Assembly: GCF_000284455.1 (NCBI RefSeq)
Contig: NC_017039.1
Span: 3,480,001 to 3,512,000 of the forward strand
Length of the DNA stretch: 32,000 nt
Reading direction: 5' to 3'
From: Synechocystis sp. PCC 6803 substr. PCC-P
Lineage (GTDB): Bacteria > Cyanobacteriota > Cyanobacteriia > Cyanobacteriales > Microcystaceae
Part shown: one piece after another, positions 17,357 through 26,589 of the stretch
How positions within the stretch are numbered: position 1 is the stretch's first letter
How the letters are laid out: each line of letters opens with the position of its first letter
Made by a program: the position numbers and the translations under genes
Notes under the pieces: model-generated
Database searches by the model: none
What the model was told of the DNA's origin: nothing
Seen by the model: the letters and a program-made list of their open reading frames with translations, nothing else

Positions 17357-19822
17357 GTGGGTTCTACCCTGGTAGGGAAATGTACAAGTCTGGGAGTTTT
17401 TTCCATGGTTACATCCCCCTTTTCCCTTAGTCCCTTTGGTCAAGCTAGATCCACCGTCACTGGCAATCCCCTTGACCCGACAGAACTTAACCAAATGCAC
17501 GGTTTTTGGCGGGCAGCCAACTACTTGGCAGTGGGCATGATTTATCTGCGGGATAATCCCCTTTTGCGGGAACCGCTTCAACCGGAACAGATCAAGCATC
17601 GCCTGTTGGGTCACTGGGGTTCTAGTCCCGGCATTAGTTTTCTCTACACCCATCTCAACCGCATTATCAGGAAATTTGACCAGGATATGCTGTACATGGT
17701 GGGGCCTGGCCACGGCGCACCAGGCTTTTTGGGGCCCTGCTACCTAGAAGGGAGCTATTCTCGCTTTTTTGCCGAGTGTAGTGAAGATGAGGACGGCATG
17801 AAGCGCTTTTTCAAACAATTTTCCTTTCCCGGTGGCATTGGCAGTCATTGCACTCCCGAAACCCCTGGTTCCATCCACGAGGGGGGAGAATTGGGCTACT
17901 GCCTATCCCATGCCTATGGCGCTGCCTTTGATAATCCCAATTTAATTGTGGTCGGTTTAGCGGGGGATGGGGAGTCGGAAACAGGCCCCTTGGCTACCTC
18001 CTGGCATTCCAATAAGTTTATTAACCCGATTCGGGATGGGGCAGTTTTACCGGTTCTGCATCTCAATGGGTACAAGATTAACAATCCAAGTGTTTTATCT
18101 CGCATTAGCCATGAAGAATTAAAGGCTTTATTTGAAGGTTACGGTTATACCCCCTACTTTGTTGAAGGCTCTGACCCGGAATCTATGCACCAAGCCATGG
18201 CAGCCACGTTGGATCATTGTGTGAGCGAAATTCATCAAATCCAACAAGAAGCTCGTAGTACGGGCATTGCCGTGCGCCCCCGTTGGCCCATGGTTGTGAT
18301 GCGGACTCCCAAGGGATGGACGGGGCCTGACTATGTTGATGGCCATAAGGTAGAAGGTTTTTGGCGATCGCACCAAGTTCCCATGGGGGGCATGCACGAG
18401 AATCCAGCCCATTTGCAACAGTTGGAAGCTTGGATGCGGAGTTATAAGCCGGAAGAATTGTTCGACGAGCAAGGTACTTTAAAACCGGGATTTAAGGCGA
18501 TCGCCCCGGAGGGAGATAAGCGTTTAGGCTCTACTCCCTACGCCAATGGTGGTTTGTTACGGCGGGGTTTGAAAATGCCGGACTTTCGTCAATATGGTAT
18601 TGATGTGGACCAACCAGGCACCATCGAAGCCCCTAATACTGCACCCCTGGGAGTATTTCTGCGGGATGTGATGGCCAACAACATGACCAATTTCCGCCTG
18701 TTTGGCCCCGATGAAAATAGTTCCAATAAACTCCATGCCGTCTACGAGGTTAGCAAAAAATTCTGGATTGCTGAATATCTAGAAGAAGACCAGGATGGGG
18801 GGGAATTAAGTCCCGATGGTCGGGTGATGGAAATGTTAAGCGAGCACACCTTAGAAGGTTGGTTAGAGGCCTATCTTTTAACCGGGCGTCACGGCTTTTT
18901 CGCCACCTATGAATCCTTTGCCCATGTGATCACTTCCATGGTTAACCAACACGCTAAATGGTTGGATATTTGTCGACACCTCAACTGGCGGGCAGATATT
19001 TCCTCGTTAAATATCTTGATGACGTCCACCGTGTGGCGACAGGATCACAACGGGTTTACCCACCAAGATCCCGGTTTTCTCGATGTCATTCTCAATAAAA
19101 GCCCCGATGTGGTGCGAATTTATTTACCCCCCGATGTTAATTCTCTGCTTTCCGTAGCGGACCATTGTTTACAGAGCAAAAACTACATCAACATCATCGT
19201 TTGCGATAAGCAAGCCCACCTGCAATACCAGGACATGACTTCCGCTATCCGTAACTGCACTAAAGGGGTGGACATTTGGGAATGGGCCAGTAATGATGCC
19301 GGTACGGAACCGGATGTGGTGATGGCAGCGGCGGGGGATATTCCCACCAAAGAGGCCTTGGCGGCCACAGCCATGCTAAGGCAATTTTTTCCTAATCTGA
19401 GAATTCGCTTTGTCAGCGTGATTGATTTGCTCAAACTGCAACCGGAATCGGAGCATCCCCATGGCCTGAGCGATCGGGATTTTGACTCCCTCTTTACCAC
19501 CGATAAACCGATTATTTTTAACTTCCACGCCTATCCCTGGTTAATTCATCGGTTGACCTATCGACGGACTAACCATGGCAATCTCCATGTGCGGGGCTAC
19601 AAGGAAAAGGGCAACATCAACACCCCCATGGATTTAGCGATTCAAAACCAGATTGACCGTTTCAGCCTCGCCATTGATGTGATCGATCGCCTGCCCCAAT
19701 TGCGGGTGGCCGGAGCCCACATCAAGGAAATGCTCAAGGATATGCAGATTGACTGCACCAACTACGCCTACGAACACGGCATTGATATGCCAGAAATCGT
19801 TAATTGGCGCTGGCCCCTCTAG
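17357..19822 (+). CDS. xfp: Xylulose-5-phosphate/fructose-6-phosphate phosphoketolase
   Basis: 821 aa. [90 protein letters not shown]. Confidence 0.96.
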   Translation: MGSTLVGKCTSLGVFSMVTSPFSLSPFGQARSTVTGNPLDPTELNQMHGFWRAANYLAVGMIYLRDNPLLREPLQPEQIKHRLLGHWGSSPGISFLYTHLNRIIRKFDQDMLYMVGPGHGAPGFLGPCYLEGSYSRFFAECSEDEDGMKRFFKQFSFPGGIGSHCTPETPGSIHEGGELGYCLSHAYGAAFDNPNLIVVGLAGDGESETGPLATSWHSNKFINPIRDGAVLPVLHLNGYKINNPSVLSRISHEELKALFEGYGYTPYFVEGSDPESMHQAMAATLDHCVSEIHQIQQEARSTGIAVRPRWPMVVMRTPKGWTGPDYVDGHKVEGFWRSHQVPMGGMHENPAHLQQLEAWMRSYKPEELFDEQGTLKPGFKAIAPEGDKRLGSTPYANGGLLRRGLKMPDFRQYGIDVDQPGTIEAPNTAPLGVFLRDVMANNMTNFRLFGPDENSSNKLHAVYEVSKKFWIAEYLEEDQDGGELSPDGRVMEMLSEHTLEGWLEAYLLTGRHGFFATYESFAHVITSMVNQHAKWLDICRHLNWRADISSLNILMTSTVWRQDHNGFTHQDPGFLDVILNKSPDVVRIYLPPDVNSLLSVADHCLQSKNYINIIVCDKQAHLQYQDMTSAIRNCTKGVDIWEWASNDAGTEPDVVMAAAGDIPTKEALAATAMLRQFFPNLRIRFVSVIDLLKLQPESEHPHGLSDRDFDSLFTTDKPIIFNFHAYPWLIHRLTYRRTNHGNLHVRGYKEKGNINTPMDLAIQNQIDRFSLAIDVIDRLPQLRVAGAHIKEMLKDMQIDCTNYAYEHGIDMPEIVNWRWPL

Positions 19823-19947
19823 ACCTTAACTAAAATCCCTGACATCGTTCTAGTTTCTGTTCCAATAGGTTAGCTAGGCCATGGGGGACAACGCTGGTCC
19901 AGCAAAATTTTGGCAGAAGCTAGAGCAAAGTTGGGGAGCTTTTCCCG

Positions 19948-20229
19948 TTAAAGATCGGCAAAGGTTTCCCCTGCCAGTAAGCCAGCATTAATTTTGTTGG
20001 TGACCAGTTCCCGGTACATGGCTAGTTCCTGGGATAGTAATTCATACCGGGGCTTGGAGTGGAGTGCCAAGGCCTTAATGTTGGATTCTTCTTCCTTGGT
20101 GACCACACCATCGGCCACGGCCTGCTCGATCAGGGCTCGTAAATAGTCTAATTCTTGGGTTTCTTCCCCACTCAATTGCTGGGAATTAGGACGTTCTACT
20201 TTCACTGCCCACCTCCTAGTCATCGCCAC
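19948..20229 (-). CDS. Hypothetical small helical protein
   Basis: 93-aa ORF in a non-overlapping slot with acidic/helical composition (EETQELDYLRALIEQAVADGVVTKEEESNIKALAL). Confidence 0.6.
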   Translation of the reverse strand: MAMTRRWAVKVERPNSQQLSGEETQELDYLRALIEQAVADGVVTKEEESNIKALALHSKPRYELLSQELAMYRELVTNKINAGLLAGETFADL

Positions 20230-20280
20230 TGCTTATTTCTTCCAGCTTAACTCAAGATTTTGGTAGGGAAACCCCGAGAA

Positions 20281-20736
20281 TTAACTATGTAGGCCGCTGT
20301 TGATATATTCCCTTTCCGCCACCTGTTTTAACCGTCGCAGTTGAGCTTGCATGTCCGCACTGGTCCAACGGGCCGCAAACATTTGAAAGCCCCATTGCAC
20401 AACGGGGTTGGGCACAGTGAACTCGAATCTATTCAGTAAATAGGTACCTTCTTCTAGGGGGCGACATTCCCAACGGTCTTGCCCTTGGAAAAATCCTTTG
20501 AATTGCCACACCACTAACCCTGGCGATCTCTCCACCACGACGCTTTTCAGGCTGGGTTTGAGCAGGGGAATTTGGATAGTAAAACGACTCCGGCCACCGA
20601 TCGCCGTGGACCATTGACCGATGGGTTCACAACGCAGGGCCGGGTTGAGCCAAAGGTGCATCAGATCCAAATCAGTGAAACACTGTTCTACCACTGTGGC
20701 ACTGGCCTTAATTTCAATGCCTTGCTCAAAGATCAC
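20281..20736 (-). CDS. SRPBCC/cyclase-dehydrase-like small-ligand-binding protein
   Basis: 151 aa. IEIKASATVVEQCFTDLDLMHLWLNPALRCEPIG...GGRSRFTI...VVVERSPGLVVWQFKGFFQGQDRWECRPLEEGTYLLNRFEF pattern. Confidence 0.7.
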   Translation of the reverse strand: MIFEQGIEIKASATVVEQCFTDLDLMHLWLNPALRCEPIGQWSTAIGGRSRFTIQIPLLKPSLKSVVVERSPGLVVWQFKGFFQGQDRWECRPLEEGTYLLNRFEFTVPNPVVQWGFQMFAARWTSADMQAQLRRLKQVAEREYINSGLHS

Positions 20737-20883
20737 AAAAGTTTAGGAAAAAGCTAGTTCAAGGGGGGCTGGTTTATCTTTTGGGGATGGTAACAGATTT
20801 CCAGGGGTCTTAACTGTTGGGGCCGATGGGAGAAGCCGGAGGAGAAGGATGGCCCAGGGCCATGTTCTGCTAGATTAGCCGAG

Positions 20884-23613
20884 GTGCGAATCAATTCATC
20901 TTCAAAGAATCGTACCCAGAAAAAGTTAGGAATTCCCTCGATGCAGTCCCCCCGTGCTCCCCGCTGGAATCTTTCCCATTGGGCCATTGACCATCCCCGT
21001 TTTACCATCGGTTTTTGGTTGGCGATCGCCGTGGCGGGGCTATTGACTTTTAGTTCCCTCAAATATGCCCTCTTTCCGGAAGTGAGCTTTCCGGTGGTGA
21101 TTGTCCAGAGCAGTGGTGCGGGGTTGGATTTGGCCCAAACGGAGCAGAAGTTAACCATTCCCCTGGAAGAAAAACTAGTTACCATTGCCGATGCGGACGT
21201 GCAATCTTCCACCTACCCGGGGCAAACGGTGGCATCGGTGATTTTTTTAATGGGCCAATCCCTGGAACAGGCCACCACGGCGGTGGAACAATCTTTACAG
21301 GGAGTAACTCTACCAGCGGGCAGCGAAATTACCGTTGCTCCCTACAACTTGAACGAATCAGTGGCGGTGACCTATGCGGTGGCGTCCGAGACGTTATCCC
21401 TAGAGGAAATGGCGGCACCGTTGCAACAAGAATTAATGCCCCAGCTCCAAAACATTGCAGGGGTACTGCGGGTGGATTTACTGGGGGATGCTAACTTTCG
21501 ATCGCCAGGGGTCAAGGCGTTGGCCCAACAAACCATCAATCCCCCCACCTTGACTCGTCATAACGGCCAGGATGTGTTGGCGGTGCAGGTGGTCAAAACA
21601 GCCCAGGCCAATACCCTGGAAGTGGTGGACCGGGTGGAGCAGTTAATTGTGGAGCAAGCCCCAAAATTTCCCCAGTTAAAATTCATTGAAGCAGAAACCA
21701 CAGCGGGTTATATCCGGGAAGCAACCCAGGCCACCATTGAAGCCCTGTTGGGAGCGATCGTCTTGGCGGTGTTGATTATTTACCCCTTTCTCCGTAGCGG
21801 TTGGGCCACCCTAATCTCGGCGATCGCCATTCCCCTTTCCTTGCTGGGCACTTTCATCGTGATGGCGGCGTTGGATTTTAACCTAGAAACCCTGACCCTG
21901 TTGGCTCTAGCGTTAATTATTGGCATTGTAGTGGACGATGCCATTGTGGATGTGGAAAACATTGCCCGCCACGTTGAAGCAGGGGAACCTCCCAAACGGG
22001 CCGCCAAAATTGGCACTGAGGAAATTGGCCTAACTGTGTCTGCCACCACTTTTTCCATTGTGGTGGTGTTTCTACCCATTGCCCTGTTGGGGGGAACTTT
22101 AGGGGAATTTTTCTTCCCCTTTGCGGTCACCGTATCTGCGGCTGTGATCGTTTCCCTGCTGGTGGCCCGTACCCTATCTCCCGTGTTGACAGTGTTGTGG
22201 CTACGAACCCAAACTCCCCGGCCCCAGTCCTGGTTCAGTCGTGGTTTAGATGCCCTCGGCAATGGTTATCAACGGGTTCTAGCTTGGTCTTTGGGACACC
22301 GTTGGTGGATTGTGGCCCTGGCCCTAGTCAGTTTAATGGCAGGCTTAGCCATTATTCCCCTCATTCCCCAGGGATTTGTTCCCACCCTGGACCGGGGGGA
22401 ATTTAACGTTATTTTTCAATCCGCTCCCCCCAAAATTGCTGGGGCATTGTCTACTCCCCCCAGGGGTAATAACAACGACACAAGCGCTGGTGGAGCCTTT
22501 GGCTGGATTGATCAACTGGCCACTAATCCGGAAGCAGTGCTATTACGACGGGGACGACGGGTGGCGGAAGAGTTGGAACCCCCAATTTTGGCCGATCCTG
22601 CCGTGACGGAAACGTTTACTGTGGTGGGCATCCAGGGCAATCCCCTCCAAGGCAAGATCTATGTCAAACTGGACTCAGACCGCGAGGTGACTACCCAAAC
22701 AGTGCAAACGGAAGTGCGGGAAGCTCTGCCGGAAATTCCCCGGGTAACCACCAGGGTGGAAAATATCCTCTTTGTGCAAACGGGGGACGATACGCCCCTC
22801 AAGTTAGCTTTGTTGGGCAATGATTTAGACCTGTTACAAACCACGGGTAAAGCTCTGGAGGAAAAGGTGATGGCTTTGCCCGGTTTAACCCAAATCAGCC
22901 TCACTGGGGCCGAACCTGACAGCACAGGGATTTTACGTTTGCGGGGACAGAGAGCCGTCTATCTCAGTGCTTCTTTACTACCTAATTACGCCCTTGGGGA
23001 TCTCACCCAACAGGTAACGGCGATCGCCGAGGGGTTATTGCCCCCAGGGGTAGAACTGAGTGTGCAGGGTGAATCGGCCCGGGTCGGATCAGTATTTCGA
23101 GAATTTGCCCTCGCCTTTTTACTTTCCTTGTTGGGCATGGCGGCCATTTTTCTGGGGCTATTCCGCCGTTTACTGGAACCCATGGTGGTGTTACTTTCCT
23201 TACCCCTATCCATTGTCGGGGCGATGGTGGGACTGCTGGTCACCCAGAGCGAATTTGGCATGATTTCCCTGATTGGCCTAATTTTTCTCCTGGGCCTATT
23301 GGACAAAAACGCCATTCTCCTGATTGACTATGCTAACCAACTGCGCCATCGGGGTTTATCCCGCCAGGAAGCCCTATTGCAAACCGGCCATATCCGTCTG
23401 CGCCCCATTTTGATGACCACCAGTTCCACTATTTTGGGTATGCTCCCCCTAGCTCTGGGATGGGGGGCCGGGGCGGAACTCAGGCAACCCATGGCGATCG
23501 CCATCATTGGGGGTCTATTCACTTCCTCCGTACTTAGTCTGGTGGTGGTGCCAGTTTTATATAGTTTGCTGGACGATGTTTGGGGGCAGAAGCCCAGGCC
23601 GGAAAAAACCTGA
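20884..23613 (+). CDS. RND-family efflux transporter (AcrB-like), unusually short
   Basis: 909 aa. FPEVSFPVVIVQSSGAG near the N-terminus, GIVVDDAIVDVENIARHVEAGEPP, LLGLLDKNAILLIDYANQLRHRGLSRQEALLQTGHIRLRPILMTTSSTILGMLPLALGWGAGAELRQPMAIAIIGG. Confidence 0.93.
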   Translation: MRINSSSKNRTQKKLGIPSMQSPRAPRWNLSHWAIDHPRFTIGFWLAIAVAGLLTFSSLKYALFPEVSFPVVIVQSSGAGLDLAQTEQKLTIPLEEKLVTIADADVQSSTYPGQTVASVIFLMGQSLEQATTAVEQSLQGVTLPAGSEITVAPYNLNESVAVTYAVASETLSLEEMAAPLQQELMPQLQNIAGVLRVDLLGDANFRSPGVKALAQQTINPPTLTRHNGQDVLAVQVVKTAQANTLEVVDRVEQLIVEQAPKFPQLKFIEAETTAGYIREATQATIEALLGAIVLAVLIIYPFLRSGWATLISAIAIPLSLLGTFIVMAALDFNLETLTLLALALIIGIVVDDAIVDVENIARHVEAGEPPKRAAKIGTEEIGLTVSATTFSIVVVFLPIALLGGTLGEFFFPFAVTVSAAVIVSLLVARTLSPVLTVLWLRTQTPRPQSWFSRGLDALGNGYQRVLAWSLGHRWWIVALALVSLMAGLAIIPLIPQGFVPTLDRGEFNVIFQSAPPKIAGALSTPPRGNNNDTSAGGAFGWIDQLATNPEAVLLRRGRRVAEELEPPILADPAVTETFTVVGIQGNPLQGKIYVKLDSDREVTTQTVQTEVREALPEIPRVTTRVENILFVQTGDDTPLKLALLGNDLDLLQTTGKALEEKVMALPGLTQISLTGAEPDSTGILRLRGQRAVYLSASLLPNYALGDLTQQVTAIAEGLLPPGVELSVQGESARVGSVFREFALAFLLSLLGMAAIFLGLFRRLLEPMVVLLSLPLSIVGAMVGLLVTQSEFGMISLIGLIFLLGLLDKNAILLIDYANQLRHRGLSRQEALLQTGHIRLRPILMTTSSTILGMLPLALGWGAGAELRQPMAIAIIGGLFTSSVLSLVVVPVLYSLLDDVWGQKPRPEKT

Positions 23614-23679
23614 TCTAGCTACCCTGGTAATATTTCCCTCGCCTAGCCATTGGTAGAGGGGAATGCCAAAATGAAGACA

Positions 23680-24096
23680 ACGTTGTTTTCGGTAAGAATT
23701 ATTATGTTGCGGGACTTAGTGCAAAAAGCAGTCTATTTAGGGGTTGGCATTGCTTCCTATGCCGCCGAAACAGCCAATAGCAATATCAAAGAATTGGGTA
23801 ACCATGCCCAGAAGTTAGTGGATACCCTGGTGGAAAGGGGGGAAATGAATGCGGAAGAAGCCCGTCGCTATGTGGATGAATTAATTAGAGAGGCCCAAGG
23901 GGAGGCGATCGCCCATGGGGAAGGGGAAAATAAACAGCCCCGGCGCATTGAAATCATCACCGATGAAGAGGAAGCCAACCCCGATCCCCTCGCCCAAAAA
24001 ACTCCTGCCCAGTCCCAAACGGAGGACGTGGAAGCCCTACGACGACAGGTGGCGGCCCTCCAGGCAGAATTGCAACGTTTGAACCGTCAACCCTAA
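23680..24096 (+). CDS. Small helical protein, possibly phasin-like
   Basis: The track ORF begins at 23650. VLRDLVQKAVYLGVGIASYAAETA...LVERGEMNAEEARRYVDELIREAQ resembles short phasin-like helical proteins, with a coiled-coil C-terminus (VEALRRQVAALQAELQRLNRQP). The start codon is uncertain. Confidence 0.6.
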   Translation, partial: TLFSVRIIMLRDLVQKAVYLGVGIASYAAETANSNIKELGNHAQKLVDTLVERGEMNAEEARRYVDELIREAQGEAIAHGEGENKQPRRIEIITDEEEANPDPLAQKTPAQSQTEDVEALRRQVAALQAELQRLNRQP

Positions 24097-24127
24097 CCTA
24101 ACCATAGGGGAAACCGTCTACCGCAAG

Positions 24128-24643
24128 TTGTCAACACTGCAAATAGCAAAAAATAGCAAAACAGTTATGGAAGATTGGGAGAAAAACCTCTGGTTAGCGG
24201 TGGAAACCTTGACCACAGCGGTGGAGACTTGGGTGGAAGACATGGAGAACGCCCTAGGGGAAGCAGCCGAAACCATCGAAGAGGAATTGGGCACCGAACT
24301 GCAATGGTTCTGGCAGGAATGGTCCACCTTCTGGGAAGACTTGTCAGACTTTGACGGGGACTTAAGCGACCTGGGGGAATTTGGCGATCGCCAGGGCCGG
24401 GAAGGACGGAACAATCAAACGGATGATCGAGGCTATTCCTCCCTGGTGCCCTGGTCTTCCCTGGACGGGGACTTTGGTCTTAATCCCCATCTGCCGGCCA
24501 ACGCCAATCATCAACCGGCTTGCCAAGGTTGTCAGCATTACCATGGCTATGTGTACAACGGGCAACTGTTGGTGTGTGCCATGCATCCCTACGGTTGGGA
24601 AACGGAACAATGTCCAGACTGGCAAGGCCCCAATCCCAATTAA
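24128..24643 (+). CDS. Hypothetical acidic protein with a C-terminal Cys cluster
   Basis: 171 aa. Very acidic helical N-terminal half, then CQGCQHYHGYVYNGQLLVCAMHPYGWETEQCPDW. Confidence 0.7.
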   Translation: MSTLQIAKNSKTVMEDWEKNLWLAVETLTTAVETWVEDMENALGEAAETIEEELGTELQWFWQEWSTFWEDLSDFDGDLSDLGEFGDRQGREGRNNQTDDRGYSSLVPWSSLDGDFGLNPHLPANANHQPACQGCQHYHGYVYNGQLLVCAMHPYGWETEQCPDWQGPNPN

Positions 24644-24754
24644 TTGTTTCTGCTAACTTCCAACAACTCTTTTCAACGGCCAAAGCAGGCGATCGCCAAA
24701 GGGAACTGCTAAGGTTTTTGGTGGCCGCCCCTTAACTCCAGCAATTCTCCCCCT

Positions 24755-25645
24755 ATGTTTGGTTTCCTCAATCTCCATAAACCTCTGCACCTCACTTCCC
24801 ATGATTGTGTGGCCAAGGTGCGTCGTCTATTAAGGCAAAAACGGGTGGGGCACGGAGGCACCCTAGATCCTTTGGCGGAGGGAGTATTGCCCCTGGCGGT
24901 GGGGTCGGCTACCCGTTTACTGCCCTACTTACCTGGGGCAAAGCAATATCAAGCCCTTATTCGCTTTGGGGTACGTACCGACAGCGATGACCTAGCTGGG
25001 GAGGTATTAGAGAGTAAAAATGTTAGTTATTTAACCCTTGCCGCCGTTGAACAGATTTTACCGACTTTTTTGGGGGAAATTGAGCAAATTCCCCCTCAAT
25101 ACAGCGCTATTCAGGTTAATGGTAAGCGTTTGTATGAATTGGCCAGGGCTGGCATTCCCCAAGCAGTGCCCAGTCGCATGGTGACTATTAATGATTTGAA
25201 AATACTCGGTTGGCGATCGGGGAATCAGCCGGAATTAGATTTACAAGTTACCTGTGGGGAAGGAACCTACATTCGAGCCTTAGCCAGGGACCTTGGCGAT
25301 CGCCTGGGAACAGGGGCAACGTTGGCGGGCTTGGTACGGCAACAGAGTGGGGGCATGGCCCTGGATAATAGCGTTGGTTTAACCGCCCTGGAAAAAATCG
25401 TGGCGGAGGAGGAGCATATTCCTCTCATTCCTCCCCAGGAAGCGTTAAGCCATTTACCCACAGTTCAACTGAATAGCGAATTGGAAAAAAGGTGGTTCCA
25501 CGGCCAAAGATTGCTCTTGCCAGATCTACCCGTGGGAGTGGTACTAATCACATCGGAGCTAGGCCCAGTAAAATGCTTGGGCGTTGCCCTGGTGACTCCA
25601 GAAGACCATGGCACGGTGTTACGGCCAAAAGTTGTGCTGAATTAA
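24755..25645 (+). CDS. truB: tRNA pseudouridine(55) synthase
   Basis: 296 aa. FLNLHKPLHLTSHDCVAKVRRLL...RVGHGGTLDPLAEGVLPLAVGSATRLLPYL, QIPPQYSAIQVNGKRLYELARAG, CGEGTYIRALARDLGDRLG. Confidence 0.96.
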   Translation: MFGFLNLHKPLHLTSHDCVAKVRRLLRQKRVGHGGTLDPLAEGVLPLAVGSATRLLPYLPGAKQYQALIRFGVRTDSDDLAGEVLESKNVSYLTLAAVEQILPTFLGEIEQIPPQYSAIQVNGKRLYELARAGIPQAVPSRMVTINDLKILGWRSGNQPELDLQVTCGEGTYIRALARDLGDRLGTGATLAGLVRQQSGGMALDNSVGLTALEKIVAEEEHIPLIPPQEALSHLPTVQLNSELEKRWFHGQRLLLPDLPVGVVLITSELGPVKCLGVALVTPEDHGTVLRPKVVLN

Positions 25646-25755
25646 AAATTAATCTAACTAATCTTGGATTTCATTAACTTTTGAACAAAATTTAGTTAAA
25701 AACTTGCAAATTTACTTTTTTAAAGAATCAAATAATTGTTACCCTCATCTTAACT

Positions 25756-26391
25756 ATGGCTAACGAAAAAATTATTGTTTTTGACCTCGATGGAGTATTA
25801 ATCGACTCCGAAGAAGCTAACTACCAAGCCTTTGCCTATGGCATTGAACAGTTAGGCTTACCTAGGCCCGATCGCCAAACGGTGGTTTCCCTAGTGGGAC
25901 TGAAAGCTTCCCTCATGCTAGAAAAATTAGGCTGCCCTAGGCAAGAAGTAGAACGTATTTTTAAAGATTTTGTCCAACCTTTTTACATCGAAAATCTCCC
26001 CCAACTGGCGGCCCCCATGCCCAACGCGGTAACGGTTTTAACTACTTTAAAGCAACGGGATTACCGCATTCTAGCCTGCACTTCCGGCGATCGCCGTACC
26101 CAAACAGCGGCCTTGCAAGGAGTGGGTTTATGGTCGGCCATTGAAACCATGCTGGCGGCGGATGATTCCCCATTTGCCAAGCCCGATCCCCGTTACCTAC
26201 AACAATTGCTCGCTCCCTACGATTACCAAACCCTGTTGCACGTAGAAGATGCAGAAGTGGGCATTCGCATGGGACAAGCCTGCGGCGCAGTGAGTATTTT
26301 TGCTGAGTATGGCTATGGTTCCCTCCCAGCGGATTTGCCAGTGGATCATCGCCTCAGCCAACTGGCCGATATTTTGGCGATCGCCCTTTAG
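25756..26391 (+). CDS. HAD-superfamily hydrolase (phosphoglycolate phosphatase-like)
   Basis: 211 aa. VFDLDGVLIDSEEANYQAF (motif I DxDG), ILACTSGDRR (motif II), HVEDAEVGIRMGQACG (motif IV). Confidence 0.9.
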   Translation: MANEKIIVFDLDGVLIDSEEANYQAFAYGIEQLGLPRPDRQTVVSLVGLKASLMLEKLGCPRQEVERIFKDFVQPFYIENLPQLAAPMPNAVTVLTTLKQRDYRILACTSGDRRTQTAALQGVGLWSAIETMLAADDSPFAKPDPRYLQQLLAPYDYQTLLHVEDAEVGIRMGQACGAVSIFAEYGYGSLPADLPVDHRLSQLADILAIAL

Positions 26392-26589
26392 AGCGTGTTT
26401 GAAAAGCCCCCCTGGCTCCACAAGTTTGGGGGGAAACTAAGTCAAAGTCCCCCAGTATTGCCGGAGCTTTAGTGAGGAGATTTAGGGGGCAGAATCAGAC
26501 TTTATAAACAGGTTCTTAGAAGGCTACGCTATCCTAAAATTTATTCCCACTGCGGTGAAGACTTGACGGTGATCTAATGGCAGGAAATT

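Noticed and set aside
17339-17713. 124-aa minus-strand ORF
   Set aside because: Antisense to the phosphoketolase N-terminus, no homology signal.
20754-21212. 152-aa minus-strand ORF
   Set aside because: Mostly antisense to the RND transporter CDS. Its protein is low-complexity with no family resemblance, so it is treated as spurious.
21780-22262. 160-aa minus-strand ORF
   Set aside because: Fully inside the RND CDS on the other strand. The Ser/Thr/Arg/Ala-rich translation is typical of antisense frames.
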